The position numbers were made by a program, and so were the translations under genes. Shown here one piece after another: positions 59,935 to 64,000 of a DNA stretch of 64,000 nt; the first letter of the stretch is position 1, and the number at the start of each line of letters is the position of its first letter. The notes beneath the pieces were generated by a model. That model made no database searches, had not been told where the DNA came from, and was given only the letters and a program-made list of their open reading frames with translations. Source of the stretch: Bacteroidota bacterium (lineage in GTDB: Bacteria; Bacteroidota; Bacteroidia; Chitinophagales; BACL12); assembly GCA_016706865.1 (NCBI GenBank), contig JADJIS010000002.1, positions 972,768-1,036,767 of the forward strand, read 5' to 3'.

Positions 59935-60615
59935 ATGCGAATCGATATCATTACCGTACTTCCCGAATTGTTGCGATCTCCTTTCGATCACTCCATTCTC
60001 AAAAGAGCAGCCGATAAAGGACTTTTGGAAATCAATATCGTAAATCTGAGAGACCATTCCACCTTTAAACATAATCAGGTGGATGATTATCAGTTTGGTG
60101 GTGGAGCGGGCATGGTAATGATGGTAGAGCCCATTTTTAATTGTATCAATAGTTTGAAGGCAGAAAGAAATTATGACGAAGTAATTTATCTGACCCCCGA
60201 TGGCGAAACTTTCAACCAAAAAATAGCAAACCGCCTATCCCTCTACAAAAATATCATCATTTTATGCGGTCATTATAAAGGTGTTGATGACCGGGTTCGT
60301 CAACACCTCATCACTCGCGAAATTTCCATTGGCGATTATGTTTTGAGCGGAGGCGAATTAGCAGCTGCAGTGCTTGTGGATGCAATCGGCAGGCTTATTC
60401 CCGGTGTTTTAAACGATGAAACTTCTGCTTTGTCTGATTCTTTTCAGGATGATTTGCTTGCTCCTCCTGTGTATACACGCCCGGCTGTGTTTAACGATTG
60501 GGAAGTTCCGGAGATACTTTTGAGCGGGCATACTGCAAAAATTGAGGAGTGGAGGCAGGAAGAGGCTTTGAAAAAAACAAAAGTAAGGAGGCCTGATTTG
60601 CTTGAAGATAAATAG
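59935..60615 (+). CDS. trmD: tRNA (guanine37-N1)-methyltransferase
   Basis: [13 protein letters not shown].., [19 protein letters not shown]. Confidence 0.95.
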   Translation: MRIDIITVLPELLRSPFDHSILKRAADKGLLEINIVNLRDHSTFKHNQVDDYQFGGGAGMVMMVEPIFNCINSLKAERNYDEVIYLTPDGETFNQKIANRLSLYKNIIILCGHYKGVDDRVRQHLITREISIGDYVLSGGELAAAVLVDAIGRLIPGVLNDETSALSDSFQDDLLAPPVYTRPAVFNDWEVPEILLSGHTAKIEEWRQEEALKKTKVRRPDLLEDK

Positions 60616-60852
60616 TCTAACAAAATCGAGAAATCCTATCACTAAATACCTCACACAGTGCATAAAAAAGCCCCGCTCTATATCCAGTCCCGCAGGGACG
60701 AACCATCTTGTAACCACGGACTTCAGTCCGTGAGTATTAAAGGCGAAAAATATAATACGACTGAAAACCACGCGCGTCTGCACCGATTTTTTACTCACTT
60801 ATACCCCACGCTATAAATTGACGTAAAATTTGAATAAAAAATAAATTCCACG

Positions 60853-60860
60853 TATCTTTG
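60853..60860 (+). promoter_or_regulatory. Bacteroidota-type -7 promoter box upstream of rplS
   Basis: TATCTTTG lies 24 nt upstream of the rplS ATG. Confidence 0.5.
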
Positions 60861-60883
60861 CAGTCCACTTTTAAAAAAGGGTT

Positions 60884-61243
60884 ATGGATATTATAAAAAC
60901 ATTGGAATTAGACCTGATTGAACCAAGAGAAATTCCACAATTTAAGGCTGGTGACACTATTACCGTAAATTACAAGATCATTGAGGGTGATAAATCCAGA
61001 ACACAGGCCTTTAAAGGTGATGTGCTTCAGAGAAAAGGAACCGGCAGAACAGCTACATTTACTGTAAGAAAAATTTCTAACGGAGTTGGTGTAGAAAGAA
61101 TATTTCCATTATTTTCGCCTAATATCGAAAGTATCGAATTAAATAAAGTGGGTAAGGTACGCAGAGCTAAAATATTTTATCTTCGTGGATTAAAAGGTAA
61201 ATCAGCAAGAATTAAAGAAGCTAAAAGCGCTGTTACCAAATAA
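60884..61243 (+). CDS. rplS: 50S ribosomal protein L19
   Basis: ..[28 protein letters not shown].., [21 protein letters not shown]. Confidence 0.95.
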   Translation: MDIIKTLELDLIEPREIPQFKAGDTITVNYKIIEGDKSRTQAFKGDVLQRKGTGRTATFTVRKISNGVGVERIFPLFSPNIESIELNKVGKVRRAKIFYLRGLKGKSARIKEAKSAVTK

Positions 61244-61275
61244 AGAGAGTTGTCTTGATTATATGTATATCAGTT

Positions 61276-61309
61276 GATCCCGGTTCGAAAGTTCCGGGAT
61301 CTTTTTTTT
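61276..61309 (+). terminator. Intrinsic terminator after rplS
   Basis: GATCCCGG ttcgaaagtt CCGGGATC followed by TTTTTTTT. The T-tract overlaps the stop codon of the convergent gene. Confidence 0.85.
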
Positions 61310-62036
61310 AGCATCCTGTGGTATTCCACTCCGCAACTTTTTTTACAAGTTCTCCGTTTTCTGAATCGCCTGATATTAATAAAGTAGTATTTCCTCTGTT
61401 GTAATGATTGGATAAATTCATAATTAGATCGGGTTTTTTATCGCGGTTTAAATCACCGATCCAAATAATTCCACCAATACTTCCTTCTAAATATGCCTCC
61501 GACATTAATAGTTGTTTTTTAGAAGGATCATTATTTTTATTGAAAAATAATTTGTAATCGATGATATCACGCCACTCCTGAAAAACTGTATCTGATTTAA
61601 TTCCGCTTGCTTCAAAAAAATATGTTTGATTGGATAAGGTAAATTCCATTTTTTCTCCCGGATCAAGATAATATTTTGATGGTAGTATTGCATCAATTGA
61701 TCCTTCAATTAACTTTAGTCCTGATATTAAAGTGATACATATATCGTCATTTTTAATACTTATAAATTTTCCGGATCTAATAGTGCTGTCTTCATCTAAT
61801 ATTACATCGTAAATAGCATCTATTTTTATTTTTGTTTTTTCGATATAACTTCCTTTGTCATTAGTAAATAATCCATACCACTCCAACTGTTCTGCATTTG
61901 CAATTACCTCGTCTCCGTGAAATTGTCCGGGATGCAGTAAGTGAATATCATCGTGCGTTTCATTTATTTTTAAAGGTGATGATATGTCACTTGTAAAAAT
62001 AAGGCTTGCAGTAAATAATAAACATTCAATCAGCAT
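61308..62036 (-). CDS. Hypothetical membrane-anchored protein
   Basis: N-terminal TM helix and one FG-GAP/VCBS-like motif (IGDLNRDKKPDLI). A start at M17 (62036) avoids overlap with bshB1. Confidence 0.5.
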   Translation of the reverse strand: MLIECLLFTASLIFTSDISSPLKINETHDDIHLLHPGQFHGDEVIANAEQLEWYGLFTNDKGSYIEKTKIKIDAIYDVILDEDSTIRSGKFISIKNDDICITLISGLKLIEGSIDAILPSKYYLDPGEKMEFTLSNQTYFFEASGIKSDTVFQEWRDIIDYKLFFNKNNDPSKKQLLMSEAYLEGSIGGIIWIGDLNRDKKPDLIMNLSNHYNRGNTTLLISGDSENGELVKKVAEWNTTGC

Positions 62037-62038
62037 TA

Positions 62039-62755
62039 TTAATATAATTGCGTGAGATCTTTTATACCAAACATTCTGCCACAAGTATATCCTTCAGCAT
62101 ATTTAAATCCGCTGCTCCTGCCCATTTCGCGGGCACGACTTTCTATCATGTCGAAAAATACTTTAGATGCAATATAAGTTTCCGGTTCGTTGGAATTGGG
62201 ATCGTAAAATTGGGAACGATGTGCCTTTATACTTTCCATTCGTTGTTCCCATACATCGGAAATATCAATTACAATATCAGGATTAATAAATCTATCCTGA
62301 ATATATGGTAAAACCATTTTGGGCCGCCAGGGTTTTTGAGATGTTCCATTTTCTTCGGTTTCAATTTTTACAAGCCCCGATAAAAAAACAGAATCTTCAA
62401 TTAATTTACAAGCGCGACCATGATCCGGATGACGATCTTCCGTTGCATTACATAAAATATATTCGGGTTGATATTTTCGTATTACAGAAATTACTTTTAT
62501 TTGAGTTTCACGATCGTTGCGAAAAAAACCATCTTCCAGATTTAAATTTTCGCGAATGGAGGCGCCTATAATTTTTCGTGCATCTTCTCCCTCCAGATCT
62601 CTGATATCCGCAGTTCCTCGGGAACCTAATTCTCCTCTTGTGAGATCAATTATTCCAGCGGTATTTCCTTTATTTATTTGGCTGATAAGAGTACCACTGC
62701 AACTTAATTCCACATCGTCGGGGTGTGCTCCAAAGGCAAGTATGTTCAGTTTCAT
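62039..62755 (-). CDS. bshB1: PIG-L family deacetylase, likely bacillithiol biosynthesis deacetylase BshB1
   Basis: ILAFGAHPDDVELSCSGT.., DLTRGELGSRGT.., HPDH. Confidence 0.65.
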   Translation of the reverse strand: MKLNILAFGAHPDDVELSCSGTLISQINKGNTAGIIDLTRGELGSRGTADIRDLEGEDARKIIGASIRENLNLEDGFFRNDRETQIKVISVIRKYQPEYILCNATEDRHPDHGRACKLIEDSVFLSGLVKIETEENGTSQKPWRPKMVLPYIQDRFINPDIVIDISDVWEQRMESIKAHRSQFYDPNSNEPETYIASKVFFDMIESRAREMGRSSGFKYAEGYTCGRMFGIKDLTQLY

Positions 62756-62777
62756 GTAACAAAGTTACAGGAACTTA

Positions 62778-63311
62778 TTAAAGTTTTTGAGCGGACAAGG
62801 CAGTATTTGAAGAGGTGGTTTTAACGGATAAAGCTTTTTCTATGGCACGCGTTATTTTTCTGTTTGTAGGATGACGGTAAGTAAAAAAATAATCTATTAC
62901 TTTTCCATCCCGGCCAATCAAATATTTGTAAAAATTCCAATAGGGAGAAGATTTTATTTTTCCATTCTGTTTTTTATCCGCAAAGAATTGAAATAGGGGA
63001 TGTGCGTGTTCGCCTTTTATATTCCCTTTTTCCATAATTGGAAAAGTAACTCCGTAATTAACGGAACAAAATTCATCAATAGCTTTTCCTTCCAATGGTT
63101 CCTGCGAGAATTGATCTGTGGGAAATCCTAATATAATTAATCCGGAATTTTTATATCGCTGATAAATTTCTTCCAACTCGGCTAATTGTGGTGTATGCCC
63201 ACAACCCGAAGCTGTATTTACAATAAGTAGAACTTTGTCTCTAAATTGATCGAATAAAATTTCTTTGCCTGCTGAATTCCGCGCAGTAAAACCATAAATT
63301 GTTTTTTCCAT
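62778..63311 (-). CDS. Glutathione peroxidase family protein
   Basis: LIVNTASGCGHTPQ, LGFPTDQFSQEP, VTFPIMEK..GEHAHPLFQF. Confidence 0.88.
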   Translation of the reverse strand: MEKTIYGFTARNSAGKEILFDQFRDKVLLIVNTASGCGHTPQLAELEEIYQRYKNSGLIILGFPTDQFSQEPLEGKAIDEFCSVNYGVTFPIMEKGNIKGEHAHPLFQFFADKKQNGKIKSSPYWNFYKYLIGRDGKVIDYFFTYRHPTNRKITRAIEKALSVKTTSSNTALSAQKL

Positions 63312-63363
63312 TCTATAATTGTAACACGCAGAATAAATAAATGTTCAGATGCAGAATAATTTC

Positions 63364-64000
63364 TTATTCAATTCCAACTTCCGTTAAATATCTTTCAGCA
63401 TCCAAAGCAGCCATACAGCCCGTTCCTGCTGCTGTAACTGCTTGTCGGTAATGTTTATCCTGCACATCTCCTGCGGCAAAAACACCTTCTATATTTGTTT
63501 TTGTAGAACCATTTTTTGTTACGATATATTTCTGTGCATCCATATCTATAATGCCTTCAAAAATAGATGTATTGGGTTGATGTCCGATAGCAACAAAAAA
63601 ACCGGTAATTGGAATTTCCGTTATTTCATTGTTGTTTGTATTTTTAATTTTAACAGCTGTAACTACTCCATCGCCAATTACCTCCACTGTTTCTGAATTC
63701 CAATACACCTTAATGTTTGGTGTATTTAATACACGATCCTGCATTATTTTACTTGCGCGAAAATGATCTTTTCTTACGATCATGTGTACTGTAGTACAAA
63801 GTTTAGCAAGATAAAGTGCTTCTTCACATGCAGTATCTCCGGCACCAACTAACGCCACTTCCTGATTGCGAAAGAAAAACCCATCACAAACAGCACATGC
63901 ACTTACACCGTTTCCATTTAATCGTTTTTCCGATTCCAATCCTAACCATTTTGCGCTTGCACCAGTACAAATAATAACAGTATATGCTTCTATGGATGTT
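63364..64000 (-). CDS. trxB: Thioredoxin-disulfide reductase (C-terminal part; N-terminus lies beyond the window edge)
   Basis: Redox-active CAVCDG, NADPH motif VGAGDTACEEA, C-terminal ..AAGDV.D..YRQ..TAAG.GCMAALDAE. The frame stays open to position 64000. Confidence 0.9.
   Translation of the reverse strand, partial: TSIEAYTVIICTGASAKWLGLESEKRLNGNGVSACAVCDGFFFRNQEVALVGAGDTACEEALYLAKLCTTVHMIVRKDHFRASKIMQDRVLNTPNIKVYWNSETVEVIGDGVVTAVKIKNTNNNEITEIPITGFFVAIGHQPNTSIFEGIIDMDAQKYIVTKNGSTKTNIEGVFAAGDVQDKHYRQAVTAAGTGCMAALDAERYLTEVGIE

Noticed and set aside
60409-60798. 129-aa minus-strand ORF spanning the trmD 3' end and the trmD-rplS spacer
   Set aside because: It overlaps trmD antisense, has no recognisable motif, and its upstream part is the GC-rich spacer island. 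It is probably non-coding.
1-64000. Search for tRNA, rRNA, tmRNA, riboswitches and known defence or toxin-antitoxin modules
   Set aside because: I recognised no cloverleaf-like conserved arms (for example GGTTCGAATCC-type T-loops), no rRNA-like segments and no nuclease/ATPase/methylase gene sets by eye. A covariance-model scan would be needed for confidence.

Overview
The window looks like a chromosomal segment of an AT-rich Bacteroidota genome. Supporting signs are T9SS-type C-terminal sorting domains, SprE/PorW-like and PorV/PorQ-like proteins, TAnnTTTG -7 promoter boxes, and yceD-rpmF-fabH / efp-accB-accC synteny. Most of it is densely packed housekeeping: uvrC, class A PBP, purT, accBC, efp, fabH, rpmF, pdxA, rsmA, greA, ruvC, metG, rpsP-rimM-trmD-rplS, bshB1, gpx, trxB. 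I recognised no rRNA, tRNA, CRISPR array or defence system. Five things fall outside ordinary annotation. (1) A 245-bp tandem array built from dyad half-sites sits at the left edge (1-935), followed by an 86-bp duplication abutting uvrC. (2) A roughly 2.5-kb array of 250-bp composite hairpin (REP/REPIN-like) units at 15280-17766 has a HUH/Y1 RAYT-type transposase gene embedded in one unit. (3) A three-gene outer-membrane module at 27521-36210 has no assigned function: a TonB-dependent-receptor-like barrel, a 1294-aa secreted protein and a PorV/PorQ-like barrel. (4) A co-directional polysaccharide locus of about 15.7 kb (42881-58593) carries export, chain-length, flippase, polymerase and MBOAT/SGNH genes. 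It has only one glycosyltransferase but four clear sulfotransferases plus one family-2-like, which suggests a heavily sulfated, O-acylated exopolysaccharide. (5) Several in-phase heptanucleotide arrays lie in intergenic DNA touching gene ends, one ending 3 nt before a sulfotransferase start codon. All family assignments come from motif recognition by eye. No searches, folds or composition statistics were run.
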